From positions 135,836 to 199,835 of the forward strand of contig JAXLQJ010000008.1 in the NCBI GenBank assembly GCA_046331705.1: DNA of 64,000 nucleotides, written 5' to 3'. The number at the start of each line of letters is the position of its first letter. Position 1 is the first letter of the stretch. The translations under genes and the position numbers were made by a program. The stretch is from a bacterium. Its GTDB lineage: Bacteria; JADJOY01. Positions 41,663-51,137 of this stretch are shown here, piece by piece. The notes under the pieces were generated by a model, which saw only the letters and a program-made list of their open reading frames with translations, was not told the origin of the DNA and ran no database searches.

Positions 41663-42628
41663 ATGATCCGACGACCGCGCCCCTTCCGCGTGCTGCACGC
41701 GCTGGTGCTGGCGCTCGCGCTCGGCGTCGCCGGGTCCTCCTGCATCACGACTCCGGTCACCGGACGCAGCGCCTTCGTCCTCTTCGACGACGGCGAGATG
41801 GCTCAGCTCGGCTCGCAGGCCTTCGCCGAGCTGCAGAAGCAAACGCGCCCATCCCGCGACACGCGATCGAAGCTCGTCATCGATCGAGTGGTGCAGCGCA
41901 TCGTGGCGAGCGCCGGCCCCGAGACGCAGGGCGTCACGTGGGAGGTCCAGCTCTTCGACAGTGACGAGGTCAACGCGTTCGCGCTCCCGGGCGGCAAGGT
42001 CGGGGTGTACGCCGGCATTCTCCCGGTGGTGGAGAACGAAGCCGGCCTCGCCGCCGTGCTCGGCCACGAGATCGGCCACGTGGTCGCCAAGCACAGTGCA
42101 CAGCGCATGAGCACCGCCGCCCTCACCAACCTCGGCCTCGAGGTCGCAGGCGCCGCGCTCTCGAACAACAAGAACGCCGACATCATCATGGCGGGCCTGG
42201 GGCTCGGCGCCACCGTCGGCGTCGCCCTGCCGTTCAGCCGCTCGAACGAGGCCGAGGCCGATCAGATCGGCCAGATCTACATGGCGCGGGCCGGCTACGA
42301 TCCGCGTGAGGCAGCGCGGCTTTGGGTGCGCATGGAACGCAGCGCCGAGCAGCAAGGTGGCGGCAAGCCGCCCGAGCTGCTCTCCACCCACCCCGCCGAT
42401 CGAGCGCGTGTGACGGCGCTCGAGGCCAACCTGGGGCGAGCGCTGCCCGAGTACCAGCGTTCGCCCCAGTACGGCTTGGGCGAGACCCTCGCGCCGCTTC
42501 CTCCCACGCAGCATGCGAAAGGCGGCGCCAAGAGCCGCGCGCCGGAACCCGAGCCCGACTCGGACGAGGGTGCCCAGGGTTCGAGCCCGCGCGATCGCGG
42601 TGGCCGAGGCTGGCTCGCGCCGCGCTGA
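41663..42628 (+). CDS. M48-family zinc metallopeptidase lipoprotein (LoiP/YcaL-like)
   Basis: Lipobox LALGVAGSSC. Reads AFALPGGKVGVYAGIL...LAAVLGHEIGHVVAKH...SRSNEAEADQIG. Confidence 0.85.
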   Translation: MIRRPRPFRVLHALVLALALGVAGSSCITTPVTGRSAFVLFDDGEMAQLGSQAFAELQKQTRPSRDTRSKLVIDRVVQRIVASAGPETQGVTWEVQLFDSDEVNAFALPGGKVGVYAGILPVVENEAGLAAVLGHEIGHVVAKHSAQRMSTAALTNLGLEVAGAALSNNKNADIIMAGLGLGATVGVALPFSRSNEAEADQIGQIYMARAGYDPREAARLWVRMERSAEQQGGGKPPELLSTHPADRARVTALEANLGRALPEYQRSPQYGLGETLAPLPPTQHAKGGAKSRAPEPEPDSDEGAQGSSPRDRGGRGWLAPR

Positions 42629-42695
42629 GCGGCGCGCCGAGCATCGCCGAGCATCGCGGCGCCCAACCGCGCGACGGGCTCAGTCTCGAAAACGC

Positions 42696-44165
42696 TCAGT
42701 ACCGAAGCCAGCACCGAAGCGCGATGCGACTGCGTTCGGTGTCCTCTTCGGACACGTTGCTCGATCGCCAGCGGCTGCGACCGATCGCCTCCACGCGCAG
42801 CCACGGTTGAGGCTGCCACCCGACTCCCAGCTCGCCGCCCAGGAACTGATCCTCGCGCTGGCGGCCCGTCAGCGAGCTCGACTGATCGAACGTGTCCATG
42901 CCGCCGTCGACGCGCAGGTGCGCGTCCCAATCGCGCAGGAACTCGAGCGCGACGCGCGCGACGGCTTCGTTACGGACCAGGAAGCTGCCGTCGGAGCCGA
43001 ACACGTCGATGGGGGCTCTCGAGCCGCCGATCTCGATCTCGAGGTTCGACTGTGGCTTCCACTGGAGCGAGGCCTCGACCAGGAAGTCGAGATAGCCGTC
43101 GAGCGTGGTCTCGTCGAAGGTGCGGCTCTGGATGCCGGCTCGCGAGTCGATCGAGAGCTTGGGCGTGAGCGGGCCGCGCACCGCGAACGAGCCCTGCGCG
43201 AGATACGCCGCCCGCGGATCGCCGGTGAAATCGAGCGGCACGAATGGCGGGACCAGCCCGGAACGCCGTAGCGACTCGGCGTCGGCCTCGCCGTCGATGC
43301 GGCCGAGATCGACGCGCGGCTCGAGCTCCCAGCCGGTGTCGAGCGTGCGACGAACCTTGAGCGCGGCCTCGTGGACGTGAAAGCCGAAGAGGTCGTAGGG
43401 CTCGGGACCGAGGCTGGTGACGTAGTAGAGGTAGTCCGCCTCGAGGTACCAGGCGGACGTCGGCTCCCACCCCACCAGGACGCCGCCCGCGCCGCGATCG
43501 AAGTCCGCGCCCGCGAGGCGAACGTCGGAGGCGTACTGGGCGAAATCCGTGAGATCGCTGGAGACGGTGGTGCGATCGATCCACTCGCCGGCGGCGCCCA
43601 GGGCGAAGCCGCCGGCGAGAGTCTTGAGCGCAGCGCCCGAGACCGACTGGTCCACGGTGTTGAACTCGTCGTGGTCGACGAAGAGCGTGCCCGACGCTTC
43701 GTAACCCACGTCCAGCGTGGTGGCGGGTCGCGCGCGGCTCAGCCCGGCGGCGCGGCGCGCGACCACGGGCGGATCCTCGCCAGCGACCGGTGGCGCGAAG
43801 TCGCTCGGAAAGACCCACCGCGGCGAGAGCGCATCGAGGATCTCGCTCGGGGTCGCGATCGGCCGCTCCGAGTCCGGAGGTGGCGGAGCGGCACGGGCCT
43901 GGTCGGGGCCCGGCCGCGGCAAACGCAGGTCGAAACGGGCCACGGCGCGCAGCACCTCGTCGGCTTCGGCGTCGCTCGCTCGCAGCAGGATGTTGTCGTC
44001 GTAGCCGGCTTCGAGACCGAGGGCCGGAAGCAGGGCGAATGGGCCGAGACCGATCCCGGGGCTCGTCTCGGCCGCGCGCGCCGCCGAGAGCGTCACGACC
44101 ACCAGCAGCACATGGGCCGCCGCCACGCGAGCCAGCGCGGCGCGGCGCAGGCGCCGTGCCGAGAC
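42696..44165 (-). CDS. Large outer-membrane beta-barrel protein (EPS/LPS-associated porin-like)
   Basis: Signal peptide ...ALARVAAAHVLLVVVTLSAARA. Beta-strand-rich alternating pattern. C-terminal aromatic end reads RIALRCWLRY. Confidence 0.6.
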   Translation of the reverse strand, partial: VSARRLRRAALARVAAAHVLLVVVTLSAARAAETSPGIGLGPFALLPALGLEAGYDDNILLRASDAEADEVLRAVARFDLRLPRPGPDQARAAPPPPDSERPIATPSEILDALSPRWVFPSDFAPPVAGEDPPVVARRAAGLSRARPATTLDVGYEASGTLFVDHDEFNTVDQSVSGAALKTLAGGFALGAAGEWIDRTTVSSDLTDFAQYASDVRLAGADFDRGAGGVLVGWEPTSAWYLEADYLYYVTSLGPEPYDLFGFHVHEAALKVRRTLDTGWELEPRVDLGRIDGEADAESLRRSGLVPPFVPLDFTGDPRAAYLAQGSFAVRGPLTPKLSIDSRAGIQSRTFDETTLDGYLDFLVEASLQWKPQSNLEIEIGGSRAPIDVFGSDGSFLVRNEAVARVALEFLRDWDAHLRVDGGMDTFDQSSSLTGRQREDQFLGGELGVGWQPQPWLRVEAIGRSRWRSSNVSEEDTERSRIALRCWLRY

Positions 44166-44419
44166 ACGCGTGGGCGAGCGGTGCGGGCAGACGCGATTCA
44201 CGGACACGAGGCGCGAGCGTGGGAGGTCGAAGGCAACGCCTGGCGCCAGTCGTGGCGCGAGGAGCGCGCGAGTATAGACCGAGTGTGCTCCGCCGGCGCC
44301 GGCGGCGTCGTCAGCGACGCCCGCGTGAACGTCGGTTGATGGGCACCCGCGTTCTGCCTTACCTTGATCGCTCGCCAACTCTCCTCCTGCCGACTCGCAC
44401 GCCGCGGGGACCACATCGA

Positions 44420-45997
44420 ATGCTGATCCGGTGTACGCACTGCAATCACGAGCTGCGCGTCCCCGATCAGCAGATCAGTCCCACCGGCACTCGCGTTCTT
44501 TGCAAGAACTGCAACACGATCTTCGTCGCGCGGCGTGCGGCGGAAGAAGGGCGCGGTGCGGCTGCGGGCGGCGGCCCCGAGATCCTGCCGGTCGCCGACG
44601 ATCCGGCCCTGGAAGCGGCGCTCGACCGCATCCTCGATCGAACGCCGTTGCCGGGCTCGTTGACGTCGCCGAACCGCACGGCGTTCGACGGATCGGAGGA
44701 CGGCGAGGACACGACGGAGTCGGGATCGGGAGGCGGCGCGGACCCGTGGGCGCAGGTATCGCCGGAATCCCTCGGCATCTCGCTGGTCGACGACGAGCCC
44801 GAGGCGCGGATCGCACCGCCTGCGAGCGAGCCGCGGGCGCGCCCATCGGTTCCAGCCGAGACCGGCGACGGCGAGGTGGACGAGCTCCTCGACCAGGTGC
44901 TGCGCGATCTCGATCGCGCCCAACCATCACCCAGCGCGTCACCCGCCGCAACCGCGGGCGGGACTGCCGCGGGCGACGCGCTGCGCCTGGACGTGGCGCA
45001 GCCGGCGCTGGCGAGCACGGCGCCCGCCGAGCCGCCACCCATGCCCACCACGACTGCGCTCGACCTCGACGCCATCCTCGACGAGCTACGCTCCGAATCC
45101 GATGCTGCGCCGGCGACGTCGGGTGCGGGACGCGCCTCGGACTCCTTCGAGCTCGGCGAGGACGACTTCGGCGGACCGACCATCGAGCTCGAGATCGGCT
45201 CCGATACGGTCGCGAAGGCCGGCACGGCGAATCCCGCGGCGCCGGCCCCGGAATCGCCCCACGAGCGCGAGCGAAGCCTTCACGACATCTACGAGGACGA
45301 TCAGTCCCACCCTCCCACCGATGCCCTGGAGGCGCCGCGCGCCGGCCCGGCAACGGATCTCGCGCGTGCCGCAGCGGCGCCGACGGTGCCGCCGCGCACC
45401 CGCACCGTCACGCGCTCGGTCGACTCCGCCACCGGGCGCCGCGCAAGCGGCTCCAAGGGAACGCGCTCGCGATCGGCCGGGGTGTGGATCGCGATCGCGG
45501 TGGTGCTGATCGCCGTCGCGGCCGGGGCCGGCATCTGGTACGTCACGCAGCAACCCCCCGGGGCCAGCGCAGGAGGCGCCGCGCAACCCGCAGGCATGCC
45601 GACGTTCGCCTTCGAGCAAACGGACGGCCAGCTGGTCAAGATCAAGGGCGGGCTCGCCTACGTCGCCAGCGGGGTCGTGCGCAACACCTCGAGCTTCACC
45701 GTGTACGTGGTCCGGGTCTCCGGCGTGCTGCGCACCACCGACGGCCGCGAGGTCGGCCGCGCCGCGAGCTACGCGGGCAACAATCCCTCACCCGAGTCGC
45801 TCACCCGACTCCCACGCGCGGAGATCGAGGCGGCCTTGGATACGCGCATCGGCGAGGGCGGGTCGAACGTCAAGCTCGACTCGATGGGCGCGATCCCCTT
45901 CACCCTCGTGTTCTGGAACGTGCCGTCGGACGCCAACCGGACCGAGCTCAGCGCGCAGGCTCGTTCGTTTCCGTCCGCGGCCACGAACGGCGGCTGA
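44420..45997 (+). CDS. MJ0042-type zinc-ribbon protein with TM helix and C-terminal DUF3426 domain
   Basis: Reads MLIRCTHCNHELRVPDQQISPTGTRVLCKNCNTIF. Acidic/Pro-rich linker. TM is GVWIAIAVVLIAVAAGAGIWYV. C-terminal block reads VKIKGGLAYVASGVVRNTSSFTVYVVRVSGVLRTTDGREVG...FTLVFWNVP. Confidence 0.7.
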   Translation: MLIRCTHCNHELRVPDQQISPTGTRVLCKNCNTIFVARRAAEEGRGAAAGGGPEILPVADDPALEAALDRILDRTPLPGSLTSPNRTAFDGSEDGEDTTESGSGGGADPWAQVSPESLGISLVDDEPEARIAPPASEPRARPSVPAETGDGEVDELLDQVLRDLDRAQPSPSASPAATAGGTAAGDALRLDVAQPALASTAPAEPPPMPTTTALDLDAILDELRSESDAAPATSGAGRASDSFELGEDDFGGPTIELEIGSDTVAKAGTANPAAPAPESPHERERSLHDIYEDDQSHPPTDALEAPRAGPATDLARAAAAPTVPPRTRTVTRSVDSATGRRASGSKGTRSRSAGVWIAIAVVLIAVAAGAGIWYVTQQPPGASAGGAAQPAGMPTFAFEQTDGQLVKIKGGLAYVASGVVRNTSSFTVYVVRVSGVLRTTDGREVGRAASYAGNNPSPESLTRLPRAEIEAALDTRIGEGGSNVKLDSMGAIPFTLVFWNVPSDANRTELSAQARSFPSAATNGG

Positions 45998-46076
45998 ACC
46001 GCGTCCCCGCGTCCTGCGCGCGAGCGCGTGCGCCGACCGACTGCGGCCCCATCCCGCTGCGATTCACGACGACACC

Positions 46077-46949
46077 ATGGCCGAGGGGCGGGACGAGCGC
46101 CACGGCGCCGATCGCGTCGACCGGCTGCTGACGCGGCTCAAGGCACTTCCCGAGTCCGCGATGCGACTCGCGGTGCTCACCGAGGAAGTGACGGAGTCCG
46201 ACGACGGCGACGCCGTCGAGCTGCTGGCGGGACTGATGGCGCGCGCCGCGCGCCGTCCCTCGCTCGACCATCAGGGCGCCCTCGCCCTCATTCCCGGCGA
46301 GGAGCTGGCGCGGCGGCTCGGCTACGAGCGCGTGAGCCGGCTCTACCGCGAGGCGCGTCAGCGCGGGCACACGGAGGTGTGCCAGCTCTTTCTCGCAGCG
46401 GGGATGCGACCGAACGAGGAGTCGGGGCTACTCGCGCCGCCGCGCGGCGAGACGCTGACGCTCGGCGAGCGCAAGGCGCTCGCGCGGCGGCTACCGCGCC
46501 AGAAGCTCGATCGGTTGCTCGCCGACCCGAATCCCGACGTCGTCGAGAACCTGCTGCGCAACCCCGCCATGACCGAGCGCGAGGTGCTGCGGGTGACGTC
46601 GCGCCGACCGGTCCACCCGGACGTGTTGCTGCGGGTGTTCGCCAATCCCCGCTGGTCGAACCGCTACCGTGTCCGCAAAGCGTTGATCTACAACCCGAAC
46701 ACGCCGATCCAGATTTCGCTGAACCTGGTGACGTTCCTGTCGGGCGGCGATCTGGCGATCCTGGGCCGCGATCCTGGCGTCCACGCGCTGGTGCGTGAAC
46801 GCGCTCGTGCCGTGTTGCGACGGCGCGGGGAACGAGCGGGCAGCCCGCCGCTCGAACGCGCCGCGAGCCCCGACGACGTCGTTCAGGAGGACTTGGAGCC
46901 CGCGTCGGTCGACGAGCGCTCGGAACCCGAGGACGGCGATTCCGACTGA
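46077..46949 (+). CDS. Hypothetical protein (helical repeat-like), acidic C-terminus
   Basis: Intact 290-aa ORF with non-repetitive composition (e.g. [47 protein letters not shown]...IYNPNTP). No family recognised. Confidence 0.45.
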   Translation: MAEGRDERHGADRVDRLLTRLKALPESAMRLAVLTEEVTESDDGDAVELLAGLMARAARRPSLDHQGALALIPGEELARRLGYERVSRLYREARQRGHTEVCQLFLAAGMRPNEESGLLAPPRGETLTLGERKALARRLPRQKLDRLLADPNPDVVENLLRNPAMTEREVLRVTSRRPVHPDVLLRVFANPRWSNRYRVRKALIYNPNTPIQISLNLVTFLSGGDLAILGRDPGVHALVRERARAVLRRRGERAGSPPLERAASPDDVVQEDLEPASVDERSEPEDGDSD

Positions 46950-47134
46950 GACTCGCCCTTGGGCGGCGTCACGTCGATGGCGTCCGGCTCCCGAGTGGCC
47001 TTGCGGAAGTTCTTGATGGCGTGGCCGAGCCCGGAGCCGAGCTCGGGCAGGCGCCCGACCCCGAACACGATGATGATGATCACGAGAATGACGATCAGCT
47101 CCGGCATTCCCAGTCCGAACATCGCAGCCACCAT
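46883..47134 (-). CDS. tatA: Twin-arginine translocase subunit TatA/E
   Basis: Reads [43 protein letters not shown], the canonical TatA TM plus amphipathic helix. It overlaps the 3' end of the convergent 46077-46949 ORF. Confidence 0.8.
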   Translation of the reverse strand: MVAAMFGLGMPELIVILVIIIIVFGVGRLPELGSGLGHAIKNFRKATREPDAIDVTPPKGESQSESPSSGSERSSTDAGSKSS

Positions 47135-47238
47135 CGCGCCACCTCTCCCCTCACGGCTCCCGAACGCGGTCTAGCACCGCGAGGCAGCCGGCTCAACTCG
47201 GGCAGCCGCGGCGCGCCTGGCGTCCGAGCGAGCGGCGA

Positions 47239-48951
47239 TCAGCCGGCGGCGGGCGCCGCGGCCCGCTCCGCGGGATCTTGGAAGCGCACGGGCACGTGCA
47301 CGTCGACCACGACGTCGGCGGGCCGTTTCGCAGCTTCCTTCGCCGCGTTCCGTCGCTCGACCTGGGTGACGGGGCTTCCCGCCTCGAGCTTGGGACCCGT
47401 GGGCGTGAACGAGGGGTGCGTGAGCACGGGGGGCGCGCCGCGTCGCTTGGTCGCCCAGCGCCAGGCGCGCTTCATCAGCAGCGCCCCGAGCTCGAACGTC
47501 CACTCGGGCCGCGCGAGATAGCGCTTGAGATGATGGATCGGCTGACGCAGGTGGCTGAGGAGCTGGATCTTGAGCAGCGACGACTGGACCAGCTTCTCGA
47601 CTTCGCCCGACGCCCACTCGGGAGTGTTGAACGCGGAGCGGGTGTACGCGGTGTTGGTGAAATCGAAGCCCTCGCGCAGCAGCCCCTTCTCCTGGCATTG
47701 CTCGTAGAGCTCGGTCCCCGGCAGCGGGTTGGCGACGAAGAACCACGCGCTCTGCAGCTTCAGCCGCTTCGCGAGGTTGTACGACTCCTTCATCTGCGCC
47801 GTGGTCTCGCCGGGGAATCCCATGATGAAGAACGCGTTGTGATCGAGGCCCACCTTCTTGACGGCCTCGACCACCTTCTCGGCGTGTTTCAGGTTGGTCG
47901 GCTTCTTGATGACGTCGCGCAGCACTTCCTGGTTTCCGCTCTCGAAGGCCAGCGTGACCTCGTAGCAGCCCGCCTTCTTCATGAGCGTCAGCATCTCTTC
48001 GTCCAGGGTCCACATCGCGACGCCGTTGGGCGTGGACCACACGATGTCGAGCTTGCGGTCGATCATCGCTTGGAAGAGGTGCTTGGCACGCTTGCGGTCC
48101 ATCGTGAGGTTGTCGTCCTCGAACTGGAACTCGCGGATGCCGTAGGTGTTGCGGACCTGCTCGATCTCGCCCAGGACGCTCTCGGCCGATCGTCCTCGGT
48201 ACTTCTGACCCCAGAAGCGCATCGACGAGCAGAACGTGCACTTCGCCGGGCAGCCGCGCGACGACTGGATGGTGGTCGTCACCGCCTCCTTCGAGTACAC
48301 GCCGTGGGCACGGTTGGCGCTCGAGTAGACCTCGAGATCGATGAGGTCACGCGCCGGCCAGGGCAAGCTGTCGAGATCCTCGATGAAGGTGGTCTTCGGG
48401 GTGATCCGCACCTCGCCGCCTTCGCGCCACGCGAGGCCATCGATGCCCTCGACGCTCTCGCCGGCGTTCAGCCGGTCCAGGAGGTCGAGCCCCGACATCT
48501 CGCCCTCGCCGATGACGATGTAGTCGAGATGGGGATTCTGCTCGAGGCATTGCCGCGCCAGGAAGCTCGGATGCGTGCCGCCGACCACCGTGACGACACC
48601 CGGGTTCACTTCCTTCGCGACCCGCAGCACTTCTTCCACGCAGGGATACGACGACGAGAAGAGCGTGGTCACGCCGACCACGTCGGGCTGGTACTGGCGA
48701 ATGCGCGCCTTGATCTCCTCGGGGTGCAACCCGACCTGACGGAAGCCGTCGTCGAGGATGCGCCGGTTGCTGAAACCCTCCGCCGTGGCATCGAGGATCT
48801 GAACGTCGTAGCGACGCCGGAACGTCGCCGCCAGGTACATGGCGCCGAGCGGCGGCATGCACGCGAGGATCTGCTCCGATCCCACCCGTGTCGGCGGAAA
48901 CACCAACAGCACCTTGCGGATACCGTTGGGCGACTTGGTCGAGTCCAGCAT
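47239..48951 (-). CDS. B12-binding domain radical SAM protein (class B radical SAM)
   Basis: N-terminal cobalamin-binding domain reads VLLVFPP...GAMYLAATF...DVVGVTTLFSS. Radical SAM core reads IQSSRGCPAKCTFCSS. Intact ORF, about 570 aa. Confidence 0.85.
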   Translation of the reverse strand: MLDSTKSPNGIRKVLLVFPPTRVGSEQILACMPPLGAMYLAATFRRRYDVQILDATAEGFSNRRILDDGFRQVGLHPEEIKARIRQYQPDVVGVTTLFSSSYPCVEEVLRVAKEVNPGVVTVVGGTHPSFLARQCLEQNPHLDYIVIGEGEMSGLDLLDRLNAGESVEGIDGLAWREGGEVRITPKTTFIEDLDSLPWPARDLIDLEVYSSANRAHGVYSKEAVTTTIQSSRGCPAKCTFCSSMRFWGQKYRGRSAESVLGEIEQVRNTYGIREFQFEDDNLTMDRKRAKHLFQAMIDRKLDIVWSTPNGVAMWTLDEEMLTLMKKAGCYEVTLAFESGNQEVLRDVIKKPTNLKHAEKVVEAVKKVGLDHNAFFIMGFPGETTAQMKESYNLAKRLKLQSAWFFVANPLPGTELYEQCQEKGLLREGFDFTNTAYTRSAFNTPEWASGEVEKLVQSSLLKIQLLSHLRQPIHHLKRYLARPEWTFELGALLMKRAWRWATKRRGAPPVLTHPSFTPTGPKLEAGSPVTQVERRNAAKEAAKRPADVVVDVHVPVRFQDPAERAAAPAAG

Positions 48952-49072
48952 GAGGCGATTCTCCTCGAGATCGAACGGTGATGACGATCGGAGCCGGCGC
49001 TCGCGTCCAGCAGCGCGCGTCACTCGGCCCGCCAGCGGGCTACAGCAGTACCATACCCGCCGACGGATTCGA

Positions 49073-49103
49073 AATCACACGGACTGATCACACGGACTGA
49101 TCG
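49073..49103. repeat. Tandem 13-bp direct repeat (ATCACACGGACTG x2.4) in divergent promoter region
   Basis: Seen directly: atcacacggactgatcacacggactgatcgg. It lies between the radical SAM gene (-) and the coiled-coil gene (+). A TTGACA hexamer sits at 49153-49158, and an AGGAGGG RBS lies ~11 nt before the ATG at 49196. Confidence 0.4.
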
Positions 49104-49195
49104 GAACGAGGCTCGGCCCAGGCTTCGCGCGCGAGGACGTGGGACCCGCGTTGACACGCTACACTCGATCTGGGACAAGGAGGGCGATCCCGCAC

Positions 49196-51046
49196 ATGAC
49201 GGCCGACGCGATGCGAATCCGCGACGTGACATCGATGGCTCTGACCGACATCCGGGCGGAGATCGAGCTCATCCAGACCGAGGCCCGGCGCATGGCGCCG
49301 TCGGAAGCCGAGTTCATGCGCCGCTTTCCGACGATGGCGGCGCGCCTCAAGTCGCTCCTCGAGCAGCGCGATCGCCTGGACGGCGAGGCGTCGACCAGCC
49401 GCCCCACATCCCCCGAGCCTGCCGCGCCGCGGACCGCTCCGCCGGCGAATCGCGCGCCGCGCGTCGTCGGCCCCACGCGCCGGCCGACGAGCTTCCTCGA
49501 TCTTCGCGAGGAGCTGCTCGAAGGCGATGCCACGGCCACGAGCGAGCCCGCCTTCCCCGCCGCTGCCGCCCCCGACCTGGACGACGGGCGCCTGCGCAAG
49601 GAGCTCGCGGCCCGAGACGCGGAGATCCGCCGGCTGCGGGAGGAGCGCGACGACTGGCGCGGCAAGGCCGAGGGCGCGGAAGGGCGACTCACCCGCGGCG
49701 CGGAGATCGCCCGCCGCTTGGAAGAGTCGCTGAGCGAGCTCGACACGCTGCGCGCTCGCGTCGCCGAGCTGGAATCGACCGCCGCCCACGCCGACGACGC
49801 CACCGAGACTGCCACCGAGCTGCGCACCGAAGTCGACCACCTTCGCCACGAGCAAGAAGCCATGCAGGCCGCCCACCACCAAGAGCTGGAACGCCTTCGC
49901 GAACGACACCGTCAAGAGATCGAGAGCTGGATCGAGCGCGAGAACGAGCGCGCCCAGCTCGAAGCGCGCGTCGCGAGCCTCGAGTCCGAGCTGGCCAGCG
50001 CTCGCTCGGGTGGCGAGCAAGCGCGCGAGTCCCTCGAACGGGAGCGCGCACGGCTGCACGAGGAGCTCGACGCGGCTCGCGCCGAAGGCGCCGCCGGCTC
50101 CGCCGAACGCGAGCGGCTCTCGCATCAGCTCGAAGCGGCCACGCTCGATCGCAACGTGGTCAGCGTCGGCATCCTCCAGGCGGTGCAGCGACTGGCCGAG
50201 CGCATCGAGGAGGATCCCCGCTACGGCGCGCTGCCGGAGGGAGACCCCGTGCTCGGCGACTTGCGCCGCAGCCTGTTCCAGGACCTCGAGCGCTTCGCCC
50301 AGCACGCGCGCGCGATCGGCACGGACATGGGCGCGGAGGCGTTCCTCCACGCGATCGGCGATCGGCTCGACGCCATCCCGGAGTGGGTCGGCGGCCTCCT
50401 CGAGGCCATCACCCGCCTGAACGAATCGTCGCGCATGGTGCTGAGCGCGCGCGACGAGGAGATGAGGCAAGAGCTCGCCGCGCGTGAGCAGGCCGAAGCA
50501 CGCGCCACCACGCTCGAGAGCCGCGTGGGCGAGCTCGAGACGGCGCTCGCGGATGCGGCGCGCGACGCGCGCGAGCAGGCCACCGACGCCGCAGGTCGCT
50601 TGACGGCGCTCGACGCCGACCTCGCCGCTGCGCGCGCCAGCGTCAGCTCGCTCGAGGCCGACCTGGCGTCGACCCGCACGCGACTTTCCGAGCTCGAGGC
50701 CGAGCATCGTGCGCAGCTCGAGGCGAGCGCGAGCCTCGACCAGCGCGCGCGACGCGACGCGGCCGAGCTGCAGCGCCTCGAGGAAGCGCTCGAGGAAACG
50801 GAGCGCCGGAAGGCCGAGCTCGAGTCCGAGCTGACGGCGACCCGGCACGGGTTGAGCACGGCGCAGACCCGGATCGGCGAGATCGAGAAGAGTCTCGCCG
50901 AGGCCGTCGAGCGCGCCGCGCAAGCCGATCGCGAGGCCCTCGAGCTCGGCAACGCGCTCGCGGAAGCCCGCGCCCGGGTGGCCGCGTTCGAGCAAACGAT
51001 CGAGCGGGTGGCGCGCGAGCTCACGGCCTCGCTGACCGACCCCTGA
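49196..51046 (+). CDS. Large coiled-coil protein (617 aa)
   Basis: Intact ORF. After about 60 N-terminal residues the sequence is dominated by heptad-like E/R/L/A-rich repeats (ELERLRERHRQEIESWIERENERAQLEARVASLESELASAR...). Confidence 0.6.
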   Translation: MTADAMRIRDVTSMALTDIRAEIELIQTEARRMAPSEAEFMRRFPTMAARLKSLLEQRDRLDGEASTSRPTSPEPAAPRTAPPANRAPRVVGPTRRPTSFLDLREELLEGDATATSEPAFPAAAAPDLDDGRLRKELAARDAEIRRLREERDDWRGKAEGAEGRLTRGAEIARRLEESLSELDTLRARVAELESTAAHADDATETATELRTEVDHLRHEQEAMQAAHHQELERLRERHRQEIESWIERENERAQLEARVASLESELASARSGGEQARESLERERARLHEELDAARAEGAAGSAERERLSHQLEAATLDRNVVSVGILQAVQRLAERIEEDPRYGALPEGDPVLGDLRRSLFQDLERFAQHARAIGTDMGAEAFLHAIGDRLDAIPEWVGGLLEAITRLNESSRMVLSARDEEMRQELAAREQAEARATTLESRVGELETALADAARDAREQATDAAGRLTALDADLAAARASVSSLEADLASTRTRLSELEAEHRAQLEASASLDQRARRDAAELQRLEEALEETERRKAELESELTATRHGLSTAQTRIGEIEKSLAEAVERAAQADREALELGNALAEARARVAAFEQTIERVARELTASLTDP

Positions 51047-51137
51047 GCGAGCGGCGCGGCGGTGCGCCGCGCAGCCCGAAGGGACCGACTGCTGGCACGC
51101 TACCCGCCGAATCGAGCGCGCTCGGCTCGCGCTCGAT

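Noticed and set aside
42620-42700. Tandem 11-bp repeat GCCGAGCATCG x2 between the M48 gene and the OM beta-barrel gene
   Set aside because: It is short, lies in a convergent 3' gap, and has no obvious function. Likely a trivial duplication.
49088-50995. 635-aa minus-strand ORF mirroring the coiled-coil gene
   Set aside because: Antisense shadow of the plus-strand coiled-coil ORF. The plus-strand gene has a strong RBS and heptad periodicity; the antisense translation has neither.
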